Assembly (NCBI GenBank): GCA_963758495.1
Contig: CAVWVI010000005.1
Coordinates: forward strand, 29,960 to 93,959
Source: Oligoflexia bacterium
GTDB taxonomy: Bacteria > Bdellovibrionota > UBA1018
Direction of reading: 5' to 3'
Length of the DNA stretch: 64,000 bases
The notes under the pieces are model-generated. The model saw nothing but the letters and a program-made list of their open reading frames with translations, did no database searches and was not told the origin of the DNA. Below, in pieces: positions 53,595 to 63,905 of the stretch (position 1 is its first letter; each line of letters opens with the position of its first letter). Position numbers and translations under genes: made by a program.

Positions 53595-54347
53595 ATGACT
53601 GATTTGCGACCTGGTATAGATGTATTTGCTTATTCTAATGTTGCTTTGCCTCATTTGACTCATGTTTTAAATTATAATTTAAAAATAATTGAACAATTAG
53701 TAGAGCAATTGGTGCGCGATATCCAGTCTGGTCGATCCTTATTTGTATTTGGAAGTGGGCATTCTGCGTTGTTGCCTTTAGAGCTTTATCATCGTGCGGG
53801 GGGGCCTTCATTTTTGATCCCCATTGTCGCAGATCATCTCTTGCCTTCCGCGGGGCCGTCACTTGTGCGGTTAATGGAACGTATCGAAGGGAGTGCTATT
53901 CCACTCTTAAACCGAGTGCAACCACAAAAAGGTGAAATGATCTGGATTGTGTCACAGTCAGGAATTAATGCTGCTGGTATTGAGCTTGCGATAGAAGCCA
54001 AGGCGCGTCATCTTCATACCGTGGCGTTTACAAGTTTAGCTCACAGCAATACAGTCGCATCCAGGCATAAGTCTAAAAAGAAACTCTATGAGGTTTGTGA
54101 TCTGACGGTAGATTTAGGTGGGGTTGTCGGTGATGCAGCGATAAAAGTTTCGCCACTGGTTTCCGCAGGACCGCTTTCTACGTTGGGTGGTATTTTTTTG
54201 GCGCACTCAATTTTATCTGCTGCCATCATTGAACTTGAGAGAAAAGGGGTGCGCTGTGCCTACACGAGTGTCAATACGCCTGAAGGTGAGCTGCGAAACG
54301 AGGAATTAGAAGAGCTTGCCAAGGTTCGAGATCCTTTACTCCGGTAA
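53595..54347 (+). CDS. SIS-domain protein (UPF0309-like putative phosphosugar isomerase)
   Basis: 250 aa. FVFGSGHSALLPLELYHRAGGP...IVSQSGINAAG resembles a SIS_2 fold. Low certainty. Confidence 0.4.
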   Translation: MTDLRPGIDVFAYSNVALPHLTHVLNYNLKIIEQLVEQLVRDIQSGRSLFVFGSGHSALLPLELYHRAGGPSFLIPIVADHLLPSAGPSLVRLMERIEGSAIPLLNRVQPQKGEMIWIVSQSGINAAGIELAIEAKARHLHTVAFTSLAHSNTVASRHKSKKKLYEVCDLTVDLGGVVGDAAIKVSPLVSAGPLSTLGGIFLAHSILSAAIIELERKGVRCAYTSVNTPEGELRNEELEELAKVRDPLLR

Positions 54348-54472
54348 GAAGCGATGCAGTACTTGTCGCAGCTCTAAAGGAACTGATTAAAATTGGGATC
54401 ACTTTTGCATAAATACAAAAGATCTCAGAAGGGAATTTGCCTTTGGCTGCCAATAAGGCTTAAAATTGGATC

Positions 54473-55264
54473 ATGCGTATCTTACTCTCAAATGATGATG
54501 GGGTTCATTCAATTGGTTTGAGTATTTTATATAAGGAATTGAAAAAGCTCGGTGAAGTATGGGTCGTAGCTCCTTTGGAAGAGAAGAGTACCACGGGGCA
54601 TTCATTAACGATTCATAAGCCATTACGAATGATTCCACTACGAGATCGATTTTTTGGCGTAAGTGGAAGTCCCGCTGATTGTGTTTATCTGGGGATTCGA
54701 GAAGTCATTCGAAAAATGCCTGATTTAGTGGTTTCCGGTATTAATCGGGGGGCGAATCTAGGACAGGATGTGTATTATTCTGGAACAGTATCAGCCGCTC
54801 GTGAGGCTTGTATCCTAGGTATTCCCTCAATGGCGGTGAGTCTTTCTGTAGATTTTAAGCAAACGAAGTCTGACTCCGATTTTCATTATGAAACTGCCGC
54901 GAAAATGGCGGTTAAAATTCTTAAGTCAATTCATAAAACTGATTTAATTCCTAAATATACGTTACTTAATTTAAACGTACCTGATGTGCCGCTTAAGAAA
55001 GTAAAAGGTATAAAAATAGCTAGACAAGGCTTTAGATATTATAGTGGGAATATACTTAGGCGCAAGGATCATCGTGGCAAAGACTATTATTGGGTGGGCG
55101 GACAGTATAAAGGCTTTCACAAGGATGATGCTACGGATTGTTCAGCCGTTGAAAAAGGATACGCGTCGTTGACTCCTCTGAAGCTTGATTCAACGGATCT
55201 TCAGTGTTTAACGTCTCTAGTAAAAAATGGAGTTTGTGAACCAAGTCGGAAGGGTGCTGGATGA
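54473..55264 (+). CDS. surE: 5'/3'-nucleotidase SurE
   Basis: 263 aa. MRILLSNDDGVHSIGL is the canonical SurE N-terminus. Confidence 0.8.
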   Translation: MRILLSNDDGVHSIGLSILYKELKKLGEVWVVAPLEEKSTTGHSLTIHKPLRMIPLRDRFFGVSGSPADCVYLGIREVIRKMPDLVVSGINRGANLGQDVYYSGTVSAAREACILGIPSMAVSLSVDFKQTKSDSDFHYETAAKMAVKILKSIHKTDLIPKYTLLNLNVPDVPLKKVKGIKIARQGFRYYSGNILRRKDHRGKDYYWVGGQYKGFHKDDATDCSAVEKGYASLTPLKLDSTDLQCLTSLVKNGVCEPSRKGAG

Positions 55265-55878
55265 AGTGGGTCGGTAGACCAACGGCTTTATTCATATATA
55301 GTATGCTTTTATGGGGGAGTGGCTGTGCCACGAGCCCTAGAGTGATTTTACCTAAGCCTGTTCAGAGTCCTCATCGTGGTTTTTTGGATCGAATAGGACT
55401 TCGAGAGTCTTCTTCACTTGTGAGTTTGAATAGAAAATTTAAGCTTTTATGGCCTCTTCATTCTACTCAGGTCACTTCTCCTTTTGGAATGAGGGGCGGA
55501 GAGTTTCATGAAGGAGTTGATTTAAGAGCCCATATAGGAACCCCGGTGTATGCAGCACAAAAAGGGATTGTGCTCTATGCAGACCAGAAAATTCGAGGCT
55601 ATGGAAAAATGGTGGTGATCCGTCACGATAATGAAATTGCGACCATTTATGCCCATAACTCCAAGATCTTAGTTCGACGAGGGCAGAGGGTAAGGCAAGG
55701 TCAGCAGATCTCTATCAGTGGAAATACGGGACACTCTCATGGACCCCATCTTCATTTTGAAATCCGAAGGGGATTAGCGGCTTTAAATCCCATTCAATTT
55801 CTACCTGCGGTTTTAGCAAAGACCCCGGTCAGAAGAACAAGTCGACGGCCCAAGAATCACGCGATTGCATCACGATGA
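55261..55878 (+). CDS. M23-family metallopeptidase (NlpD/LytM-like lipoprotein)
   Basis: 205 aa. Lipobox-like LLWGSGCA. HEGVDLRAHIGTPVYA...HNS...GHSHGPHLHFEI are M23 zinc motifs (HxxxD, HxH). Overlaps surE by 4 bp. Confidence 0.7.
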   Translation: MKWVGRPTALFIYSMLLWGSGCATSPRVILPKPVQSPHRGFLDRIGLRESSSLVSLNRKFKLLWPLHSTQVTSPFGMRGGEFHEGVDLRAHIGTPVYAAQKGIVLYADQKIRGYGKMVVIRHDNEIATIYAHNSKILVRRGQRVRQGQQISISGNTGHSHGPHLHFEIRRGLAALNPIQFLPAVLAKTPVRRTSRRPKNHAIASR

Positions 55879-55982
55879 GGGGGTTTCGAAAGATATCGAA
55901 GAATCATTTTGGGAATCATTTTCTGGGATTCATCTCCTGGCTAGAATTTTCTAAAAATCTGATGTAATAGAAAGTGATGTTC

Positions 55983-56057
55983 GGTCCCATAGTTAAATGG
56001 ATATAACAGCCCTTTCCTAAAGGGCCGTTCCAAGTTCGATTCTTGGTGGGACCACCA
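55983..56057 (+). tRNA. tRNA-Arg (anticodon CCT)
   Basis: 75 nt including CCA. Acceptor GGTCCCA/TGGGACC with discriminator A+CCA. D-arm GTTA-AATGGATA-TAAC. Anticodon stem GCCCT/AGGGC, loop TTCCTAA (T33, CCT, A37). T-arm CCAAG-TTCGATT-CTTGG. Confidence 0.8.
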
Positions 56058-56105
56058 TAATAGATTTGGATTCTTCTCCCTTTTCGATGGTATTCTTCTA
56101 TATTC

Positions 56106-56657
56106 ATGCTGAGTAAGAGAGTAGAAAAAATAATGGTCCCTTATCCCGTGCCAGGTTTAAGTGGCGATTTGGGTTTGATGGCTTTGATTGATCGCAGGGG
56201 CTCAATTCTTACGGTGGAATCTATTCTTACTGGAAATCTGAATCAGGTGATTTTTCCCATTCCGAGCAAATTCCCGCAGAGACGAGATCACCTTTGGGAA
56301 CAGACTTGTTTTGAGGTGTTTTTCACATGGAGTGAGCAGGGGAGTTATTTTGAGCTCAACTCATCTCCTTCGGGGGATTGGAATCTTTTTAGCTTTGAGA
56401 ATTATCGATCAGGGAAGAGTCAAGAGTTCAAAGTGAAAGAGTTCATTCATCAAAGGGGTGAGACGAGTTCGGAGGAGTGGAGAAATAAGATTTCAATTGA
56501 TCTAGAGCCGATTCTTCCACTGCAAAATATTCCTCTCTTTGTGAGCGTTACGGCTGTCATTGAGTATCAAGATCGAAGGAAATCTTATTGGGCAGTGGAG
56601 CATTTGGGTTCGGAGCCGGACTTTCATCTTAGAAAGAGCTTTTCCATTCAAGTCTAA
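56106..56657 (+). CDS. hypothetical protein
   Basis: 183-aa ORF immediately after the tRNA. No motif recognised. Confidence 0.25.
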   Translation: MLSKRVEKIMVPYPVPGLSGDLGLMALIDRRGSILTVESILTGNLNQVIFPIPSKFPQRRDHLWEQTCFEVFFTWSEQGSYFELNSSPSGDWNLFSFENYRSGKSQEFKVKEFIHQRGETSSEEWRNKISIDLEPILPLQNIPLFVSVTAVIEYQDRRKSYWAVEHLGSEPDFHLRKSFSIQV

Positions 56658-56717
56658 AGCTGGTAAAATCTAAACAGGTTGGTTTGAGGAATTTAAAGCA
56701 GTGGGCAGGTTTGCTGC

Positions 56718-57446
56718 TTGCCACACTTCAAAAGTCCGCCTTACAATAAAAAGATGATGAGTTATTCGTCCGGATGGACATTTTGGCAGCTGCTTCATTT
56801 TTTCGGGCCGCGTATTTTTTTTGCTATTTTATGTGGTGGAGTCATTGGCTTAGAGCGAGAGCTCAAAAACAAAGCGGCAGGCCTTAAGACCAATATGCTC
56901 ATTTGTCTGGGTGCATCCATTTATACTTCAATCTCAGTCTTGATGTCTGCCAGCTTTGCAGAGAGTGGGCACTATGGTGATCCTTCTCGCATTGCAGCGC
57001 AGATCGTATCTGGAATTGGTTTTCTCGGGGGAGGGGCCATTATTCAATCCCGTGGGACTGTGCAGGGGCTTACCACCGCTGCAATGATTTGGGTCGTAGC
57101 TGCAATTGGTACATGTGTCGGTATCGGTCATGCAGACGTTGCTGTATTTACTTCTTTCGTTGTGATTTTGGTTTTAGTTGCTATCACATCATTTGAAGGA
57201 AGAATCTTAGGGCGTTCAATGCTCTATACTTGTGAATTGGTTGCTAATGACTCGGAAGGTGAAGTTCGATTGGCAATTAATCAATCATTAGTGGAAAATC
57301 GGTTAAATTTAGATAATTTTAATATTAGTTCTCGCGCTAAACACAGTGTGTTGAGTATTCATTATCGAGGTCATCGAAATGATCACAAGAATTTTATTTT
57401 AAGTTTATGGAATATTCCGGGTATTTTAGAGGTGAAACAACATTAG
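56718..57446 (+). CDS. MgtC/SapB-family membrane protein
   Basis: 242 aa. ...GGVIGLERELKNKAAGLKTNMLICLGAS... matches the MgtC N-terminal membrane domain. Confidence 0.65.
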   Translation: MPHFKSPPYNKKMMSYSSGWTFWQLLHFFGPRIFFAILCGGVIGLERELKNKAAGLKTNMLICLGASIYTSISVLMSASFAESGHYGDPSRIAAQIVSGIGFLGGGAIIQSRGTVQGLTTAAMIWVVAAIGTCVGIGHADVAVFTSFVVILVLVAITSFEGRILGRSMLYTCELVANDSEGEVRLAINQSLVENRLNLDNFNISSRAKHSVLSIHYRGHRNDHKNFILSLWNIPGILEVKQH

Positions 57447-57482
57447 CGGATATTTTCTTAGATTTATGAGAAACTAAAGGCT

Positions 57483-58316
57483 ATGACCTCAACGACTTTA
57501 ACTACCCAGCCTTATCGAATTAAGGCAATTCATGTCGCAGAAAGACTAAAACTAAAAGAGTTAAGGGAAAAATTTACCTATCCCCCCGTAGAATTTTCGA
57601 ATTATGAGATGGTGATTCGATATTCTCCTGATTCCTATTTGTTCGTTTATAATTATGGTTCAGTTGTTTTTTTTAATGTTTCTGACGAACTTCAAGAAAA
57701 AGAGCTGAGTTCAATTCAAGAGTATAGGATGCCTCTGGAGCAGGTTCGAGCGACAGATGTGTTTTTGCTCGAAGTTCAAGAATTACCTCCTGCTTTGCAA
57801 GGGCAAGCGCAAGGAGCTGGGAGTAAAGTTTATTTTGATCGAGTCGTTGTCAATACATTTTCATACGCGATTGTCAAAATTGTCTGTATGCTGGTCGCTG
57901 AAAGTACCGCGTTAGAGTATTATGAAGTGTTAATTGAGAATTTACTGGTTAAGACTAATGCCTTTTCAAAAACCTTGCGTCGTCAGGGACGAATGCTTGA
58001 GAGTACCAAGGATTTGATCAAATTTATTGGTCTTTGTCTGGATACCAAGCAGGAAATTATTTCAAATCTCTATATAGTGGATTCTCCAGATGAAACTTGG
58101 GAAAGCGTTGAACTCGATAAAATGCATCAAGAATTAAAATTAATGATGGAAATTGATACTCGCTATAGAGGGCTTGAATACAAAATTAAAATTATTCAAG
58201 AGAGCGTAGATGTCATTGTTGATCTTTCAAAGTCAAAACGTGAGACTTTGCTTGAAATAATTATTATCCTTTTAATTACCTTTGAGATCATTATTTCTAT
58301 TATCAAATGGCATTAA
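57483..58316 (+). CDS. DUF155 (RMD1/YagE-like) family protein with C-terminal transmembrane helix
   Basis: 277 aa. C-terminal hydrophobic LLEIIIILLITFEIIISIIKW. General similarity to DUF155 architecture. Low certainty. Confidence 0.35.
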   Translation: MTSTTLTTQPYRIKAIHVAERLKLKELREKFTYPPVEFSNYEMVIRYSPDSYLFVYNYGSVVFFNVSDELQEKELSSIQEYRMPLEQVRATDVFLLEVQELPPALQGQAQGAGSKVYFDRVVVNTFSYAIVKIVCMLVAESTALEYYEVLIENLLVKTNAFSKTLRRQGRMLESTKDLIKFIGLCLDTKQEIISNLYIVDSPDETWESVELDKMHQELKLMMEIDTRYRGLEYKIKIIQESVDVIVDLSKSKRETLLEIIIILLITFEIIISIIKWH

Positions 58317-58437
58317 GCATTGTAACTACTTAAGATTTTAGCAATATTTTCGGTTTTCTAAAAATTCCTTGCAAAAGCCGTTACTTGTCTTTAGCGTAAG
58401 AGTATACACAGTACGATTTAAAGGAGCTCTATTTCCT

Positions 58438-58728
58438 ATGACAAAAGCAGATCTGATTAATGTGATTGCGGAGAAAGCCCACCTTCAGCATAAACAATCT
58501 GAAATCATAGTGAATATGATTTTTGATATGATGTCAGACGCATTAAAAAAAGATGATCGAATCGAAATTCGAGGATTCGGATCTTTTGTAAATCGTAATT
58601 ATGGAAGTTATCAGGGTAGAAACCCTAAAACTGGCCAGGTCGTTCAAGTTGCGCCAAAGCGTGTCCCATTTTTTAAAGTGGGCAAAGAGCTAAAAGAGAT
58701 GGTGGATTATAGTCAGAAGAATTCTTAG
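58438..58728 (+). CDS. HU/IHF-family DNA-binding protein
   Basis: MTKADLINVIAEKAHL...RIEIRGFGSF...GRNPKTGQVVQVAPKRVPFFKVGKELKE is a canonical HU/IHF fold. Start at the internal Met of ORF 58369..58728. Confidence 0.75.
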   Translation: MTKADLINVIAEKAHLQHKQSEIIVNMIFDMMSDALKKDDRIEIRGFGSFVNRNYGSYQGRNPKTGQVVQVAPKRVPFFKVGKELKEMVDYSQKNS

Positions 58729-59555
58729 CTTTTGCTTCTGAACCAATATACGACAAAGACCCCAGCTCCGAGAATCAAGCGATAGAAGACATACTGGGTG
58801 AGTCCTTTGTGTTGGACGTGCTTGATAAATCCTCCGATCGCCAATAGGCCAACAAAGAAGGCCACAAGGATGGCTACTCCAAAAGAAAGCCAACTTAGAT
58901 CAGTGATGGGGTAAGCATTATGAAAGCCGATATCTTTTAGGCTCGATACACCCCGGATCAAGAGGAGTGGAGTGATAGCAAAGTAAGCATATTTTACGGC
59001 GGGTTCTCGTTTATAATTGAGAAAGAGTGCTCCAAACAGAGTTCCACTGATAGGGTCACATCCAGGAATCACTGCGGAAGCTTGAGTGACTCCAACGATG
59101 GCAGCATTCAGCCAATTCCAATCATAAGTTCCCTTTGATTTTCGCCCCATGGAATCCACGAACCAGAGAGGAAAACCTAAGAGGGCAAAGATCCCGGCTG
59201 TAAAAAGGGGAGAGGTTGAAGGATCAGTCTTGAAGTCGTTAAAATAATAAAAAGCAATAGCTGTGGGGATGGTGCTTACAGCTACGAATAAGGGTATTCT
59301 TTCATCGATAGTCATGGGGCGCTTCCGGAAGATGATCACTTGTAATACAGATGAAATCATACTGGCCCAATCGTGCCTGAAGTAGACTAAAACAGATAAA
59401 AGGGTACCCAGAGTAAGAGCACCGATAAAAGCACTCGTCGGAGGTTGCCATCCCGTGAGGTAGGGGATGAGAACATGATGGGTTTTTGAGCTGATGGGTA
59501 GAAATTTGCTCATTCCTTCGATCACTGCATAAACGATTGCCTGAAAAGTAGTCAT
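58725..59555 (-). CDS. uppP: undecaprenyl-diphosphatase
   Basis: 276 aa. MTTFQAIVYAVIEGMSKFLPISSKTHHVL is the BacA/UppP N-terminus. Multiple transmembrane helices. Confidence 0.8.
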   Translation of the reverse strand: MTTFQAIVYAVIEGMSKFLPISSKTHHVLIPYLTGWQPPTSAFIGALTLGTLLSVLVYFRHDWASMISSVLQVIIFRKRPMTIDERIPLFVAVSTIPTAIAFYYFNDFKTDPSTSPLFTAGIFALLGFPLWFVDSMGRKSKGTYDWNWLNAAIVGVTQASAVIPGCDPISGTLFGALFLNYKREPAVKYAYFAITPLLLIRGVSSLKDIGFHNAYPITDLSWLSFGVAILVAFFVGLLAIGGFIKHVQHKGLTQYVFYRLILGAGVFVVYWFRSKS

Positions 59556-59606
59556 GGATGTGATTTTAAATCAATCTGTGCTGAGTTGATGCAGAAAAAT
59601 TCTAAA

Positions 59607-60221
59607 TTATTTCACTTCAAACGTAATTCTGAGACGCACCTTTGCATCAATGGGTTTATGGTCTTTTTCGGCGGGTCTAAATTGCCATTTTTTTATGGTT
59701 TCAAGGGCAATTGCATCCAGCTCCTCTTCACCGCTGCTTCCTACGAGTCGGGGGGTCGCTGTGCCTTGGCTGTTGACATAAAAATCAATGACAACGTTTG
59801 TATTCAATTCTCTATTTTGTAAGTAGGAAGGAATGATAGGGGAAGGTGCAAAAATGGCCACTGGGCCGTGGTTAGGGACTAATTTTGGTCCTGATTCAGT
59901 TCTATTCTCTTCTTCAATCGGAGATGAGGTTTTTTCAGCGGGTTTTCCCTTTCCAGGGACTTTGCTGAGGGCTTTCTCCATCCGTTGGGGGGGAGGTGTT
60001 TCCTTTTTTTCCTCAACAAGGTGAGATTTTGCAGGAACTTCAAATACCTGGGCTTCAATGTATCGGCTCTCATCGTCCTTTTGAGTTTTTTGGGGATGAG
60101 AGAGCCAGTGGTTATGCCATCCGACAGCCGTGAGAAGCCCCATTTCTAGGGTAAAAGCTACGATTGCGCTCCAGACCAGAGTTTTAGAGTGAGATTGATG
60201 ATCACTCACCCAGTCTATCAT
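59607..60221 (-). CDS. tonB: energy transducer TonB
   Basis: 204 aa. N-terminal anchor, Pro/Glu/Lys-rich spacer, C-terminal TonB domain (...VIDFYVNSQGTATPRLVGSSG...). Confidence 0.6.
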   Translation of the reverse strand: MIDWVSDHQSHSKTLVWSAIVAFTLEMGLLTAVGWHNHWLSHPQKTQKDDESRYIEAQVFEVPAKSHLVEEKKETPPPQRMEKALSKVPGKGKPAEKTSSPIEEENRTESGPKLVPNHGPVAIFAPSPIIPSYLQNRELNTNVVIDFYVNSQGTATPRLVGSSGEEELDAIALETIKKWQFRPAEKDHKPIDAKVRLRITFEVK

Positions 60222-60643
60222 TTTACTTTTTTTCCTTTTGTTCCATTCGCTTCAGTCGCTAAGGCGAACTTTCTGACCCCGATTTCTCGAGCCCGATCCA
60301 TAACTTGTACCACTAGGCCATAATTTGTTGCTTCATCTGCATTGACGATGACCACATCTTGAGGTCGATCGTGCATCTCATAAGCGAGTTGAGCCTCGAG
60401 GTTTGTGAGCGTAACAGGGGCTTTATTAATGAAAAGACCCCCATCTTTTTTTATGGTGAGAATCACATTTTGTTTGAGTGCCTCTGGAGAAGTAGATGTT
60501 TTAGGTAAAGCCACGGGAAGACTATTAATTTTTGTCATCGCCAAGGAAGAAACCATAAAGAAAACCAAAAGAAAGAAAATGACATCAATCATGGGAATGA
60601 TCTCAATACGAGCCCGTTTTGAAGGTCGTTGTCGGATCTTCAT
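60218..60643 (-). CDS. exbD: biopolymer transport protein ExbD/TolR
   Basis: 141 aa. N-terminal ...IEIIPMIDVIFFLLVFFMV... is the ExbD signature. 4-bp overlap with the tonB and exbB genes. Confidence 0.75.
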   Translation of the reverse strand: MKIRQRPSKRARIEIIPMIDVIFFLLVFFMVSSLAMTKINSLPVALPKTSTSPEALKQNVILTIKKDGGLFINKAPVTLTNLEAQLAYEMHDRPQDVVIVNADEATNYGLVVQVMDRAREIGVRKFALATEANGTKGKKVK

Positions 60644-61239
60644 GATGGATTCATTTCCTTTTTTCTCTGAATTGCGAGTCGTACTTCAACAAGCCTGGAG
60701 GCCACAGATTCGACCTCATAGATATAAACTTTTACCTTTGCTGTCAGGTAGTTATAAGCAACTAAGCAAAAGAGAGCAATGACCAAACCAGTGGCGGTTG
60801 CAATCAGGGCTTCTGCCACTCCGCCTGTAATTGCATTGGGTTCATTCACTCCTTTTTCAGAAAGAACCTGAAAAGAGGCCATCATGCCGGTAATGGTTCC
60901 TAAAAGACCCATAAGAGGTGCGGCAGTAATCACAGTGTCGATTACTTCTATTCTTTTCTCTAATAAGGGTATCCACGCTTCTGCTTGATTCTTCATGGAA
61001 AGTTCCATTTCCTCAAGAGGGTTTTCAAAGTGTTCGATTCCTGCCATTAAAACGGAGGTAATAGGGGTTTCCGCTCCTTGGCAAATCTGCTTGGCTTGGT
61101 CGAAACGTTGGGCTCTAAGCTGACTGAACGTCTGAGAGATGAGTTCGGGTGAGGTTGTGTAAGTTCTTTGAAATACAAAGATTCTTTCAATAATTACGGT
61201 CAGAGCTATGAGCGCAGAAATGAGAAGCGGATACATCAT
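60640..61239 (-). CDS. exbB: MotA/TolQ/ExbB proton-channel protein
   Basis: ...ISALIALTVIIERIFVF..., ...GLLGTITGMM..., ...GVAEALIATATGLVIA... are ExbB/TolQ motifs. Start probably at the MMYPLL Met (61239) rather than 61287. Confidence 0.75.
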   Translation of the reverse strand: MMYPLLISALIALTVIIERIFVFQRTYTTSPELISQTFSQLRAQRFDQAKQICQGAETPITSVLMAGIEHFENPLEEMELSMKNQAEAWIPLLEKRIEVIDTVITAAPLMGLLGTITGMMASFQVLSEKGVNEPNAITGGVAEALIATATGLVIALFCLVAYNYLTAKVKVYIYEVESVASRLVEVRLAIQRKKEMNPS

Positions 61240-61393
61240 GAAACCGCCCCTAAATATAAATTCAACACCTGAAACAATACTATGCATAACACTCCTTATA
61301 TCAGTGTTTAGTATCTAATCGGCACACAAAATTATTGCAATTACCTTCTATTTGTTAGACATCATTTGCAGTTAATAAAGGAATTAGATTTTC

Positions 61394-63811
61394 ATGGTTA
61401 AGAGACTAGTTGTACAGGGTCTTCTATCGTTTGCTTTTCTCATAGTAGGATTCAATGTGCATGCGAGTACCGAAGGTTCTATATCGGGTAAGGTAGTCGA
61501 TCTGCAAGGAATAGCTGTTGGGTCTATTCAAGTGGATCTTCAGACACCTCAGGGCACAACTCTTAAAACCACACACACAGCCATTACAGGCGAATATGAG
61601 TTTTTTCCAGTAACTTTAGGTGATTATCAAATTGTTCTTCATCCTTCTGGTTTTTTACCTTCACGTTCTTGGGTGCAAGTAGTCTCAGGGAGTGATTCGT
61701 ATGTCGAAGTGAATTTGAATCCATTGCCGTCCTCTCCAGAAATGGTGCTGCAAGTGAAGGCTAAAAGACGTCTGGTTCAAAACAGTCTTGCTGCCAGTAT
61801 CACAGACGTCAGCCGTGAGCAGATCGCTCAACTTCCTCAGGGTGTTGAGATCAGTTTGCCTAAATTGATAGCAACGACTACTCCAGGCGTGGTTCAAGGG
61901 TCATTCGGGCAGACCTTTATTCGTGGAAATCATGCAAATATACAGTATCAGATTGATGGGGTTCAATTGCCCGACTCTGCTTCAAACACTTTTGGTCAAG
62001 CTGTGAGTCCACGTAATATTGACCATATGGAAGTGATTACAGGAGGTATTCCCGCTGAGTATGGACAAAGACTATCGGCTGTAGTGAATATTGTGACCAA
62101 AGGGGGAGCAGAAACTCCAGAGGGTGAAATTGAATTGAATTATGGATCTTATAATACATTCACTCCCCATCTTCTCTACGGAGGATCTAACGAGTCCGGC
62201 AGCCTTCATTATTTCTTTTCTGCTAATTATAATCAGACGGATCGAGGCTTAGATACGCCACAGCCGGAGTCCTTTGAGAATCAAATGCAGGGTGGAACGG
62301 ATTCAGTGCATAACTTCGCAAGTGGAAATAGTGAATTTGCGAAAATAGATTGGTTAGCGGATAATCAAAATAAACTCACGTTTATCGTTTTTAATTCTCA
62401 AAGCAACTATGAAATTCCCAACTTTCCTGCTTCTTTTGGGCCAAGTTTCCGTTTATTCCAACCCGGTATTGCTGACCAGTTCGGCAATAGTAAAGGTCCG
62501 ACCACTCCACTCTTGAATTATGTTCCGTCTGATACGGACGATAGGCAGTTAGAGATTAATACTTATGCTCAAGTAGTATGGAAACATACCTTTTCAGATC
62601 GGGCATTTTTACAGTTAGCACCGTATTATAAATATTCTTTAATCAAAAATTCAAATGACCTCTTGAACGACCTGGCTTCCAGTCCTCTTGGAGCGACACC
62701 TATCTCAGGTGCAGAACCTTCTTCATTTTTTCAGAATCGTCATGTGAATAATTTAGGGTTAAAGGGTGACTACACATTGAGGGCAAATTCTGATCATTTA
62801 ATTAAAACAGGATTTCAACTTCAAACTTCGCGATCAGATGGAACCATCTCTATCCAAACCGATTTAGCCGCACCTCCACTCGTTGATAGCTCCCCGAACT
62901 CAGGTAATTTAGAGAGTGTTTATGTTCAGGATGATTTTACTTTAGTGAAATCTCTGACTTTTAATGCTGGAGTACGATTTGATGCAACTCAATTTACGCT
63001 GGGTGGGCTGAATTCATCGGATTATCTTTTCCAGCCGAGAATCGGTTTGAGCTATATGATCACAGATCAGACTCAGTTCCATATTTTCTATGGAAAACTT
63101 TTCCAACCTGCACCGATTGAAAATCTTCGTTACCTGCCAGATCCTAGTAACGGCACTTTTACGTCTCTAGATTCATACGATATCAAGGCGGAGAAAGATG
63201 ATTTCTATGAGGCCGGCATTGCGCAACAGCTCTTTGATAAGCAGGTAGCTCACATGAATGTCTATTATAAAACCGGAGTGAATATTTTAGATGATTTTCA
63301 AATTTTGAATACTCCGATTGCTCAGCCTTATAATTTTGCGACTGGCTATGCTTTTGGAGCTGAGTTTTCCATTAAGGGACAAATCAGTGAAGAGTGGTCA
63401 GAATATATGAATTATTCTTATGGCGTTGCGAAGGGTCAAGGTATCACAGCCGGAGTAGTGGGGGAGCCTGCCAATAATGATTACCAAACCTTAGATCACG
63501 TACAGCTTCATACGGCAAATGCAGGGCTTACCTACACGAAAAACCATTTTTGGTGGACTACACAAGGATTTTTTGGAAGTGGATTGAGAACGGGTCCTCA
63601 AAATAGTCTCAACTTACCCTCTCATTTCACGATGGATACAACTATAGGATACCAATTTGTCGGGAAAAGTTGGTTATCTCAATTCAAGCTCTCCGGCGAT
63701 ATTTTGAATTTATTTGATAATCGTTATCCTATTACGATTGCGAATGGCTTTAACGGTTCTCATTACGCAGCGGGTCGTCAGTTCTTTATTCGATTAACCA
63801 AAGCTTTCTAA
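61394..63811 (+). CDS. TonB-dependent outer-membrane receptor with N-terminal carboxypeptidase-regulatory-like domain
   Basis: 805 aa. Signal peptide. CarbopepD_reg-like GKVVDLQGIAVGSIQVDL. Plug region. C-terminal beta-barrel ending in an aromatic (...FIRLTKAF). Confidence 0.7.
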   Translation: MVKRLVVQGLLSFAFLIVGFNVHASTEGSISGKVVDLQGIAVGSIQVDLQTPQGTTLKTTHTAITGEYEFFPVTLGDYQIVLHPSGFLPSRSWVQVVSGSDSYVEVNLNPLPSSPEMVLQVKAKRRLVQNSLAASITDVSREQIAQLPQGVEISLPKLIATTTPGVVQGSFGQTFIRGNHANIQYQIDGVQLPDSASNTFGQAVSPRNIDHMEVITGGIPAEYGQRLSAVVNIVTKGGAETPEGEIELNYGSYNTFTPHLLYGGSNESGSLHYFFSANYNQTDRGLDTPQPESFENQMQGGTDSVHNFASGNSEFAKIDWLADNQNKLTFIVFNSQSNYEIPNFPASFGPSFRLFQPGIADQFGNSKGPTTPLLNYVPSDTDDRQLEINTYAQVVWKHTFSDRAFLQLAPYYKYSLIKNSNDLLNDLASSPLGATPISGAEPSSFFQNRHVNNLGLKGDYTLRANSDHLIKTGFQLQTSRSDGTISIQTDLAAPPLVDSSPNSGNLESVYVQDDFTLVKSLTFNAGVRFDATQFTLGGLNSSDYLFQPRIGLSYMITDQTQFHIFYGKLFQPAPIENLRYLPDPSNGTFTSLDSYDIKAEKDDFYEAGIAQQLFDKQVAHMNVYYKTGVNILDDFQILNTPIAQPYNFATGYAFGAEFSIKGQISEEWSEYMNYSYGVAKGQGITAGVVGEPANNDYQTLDHVQLHTANAGLTYTKNHFWWTTQGFFGSGLRTGPQNSLNLPSHFTMDTTIGYQFVGKSWLSQFKLSGDILNLFDNRYPITIANGFNGSHYAAGRQFFIRLTKAF

Positions 63812-63905
63812 TATCCATTTCACCATTTCAGTTAGTAATATCGGTTATTGATGTGTTGTGATTCTGGAATGCAGTTCCTTAAATTATAATTGGGGATGAA
63901 AATAC

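Noticed and set aside
55916-56107. 63-aa minus-strand ORF
   Set aside because: It overlaps the well-formed tRNA-Arg(CCT) at 55983-56057, so it is spurious.
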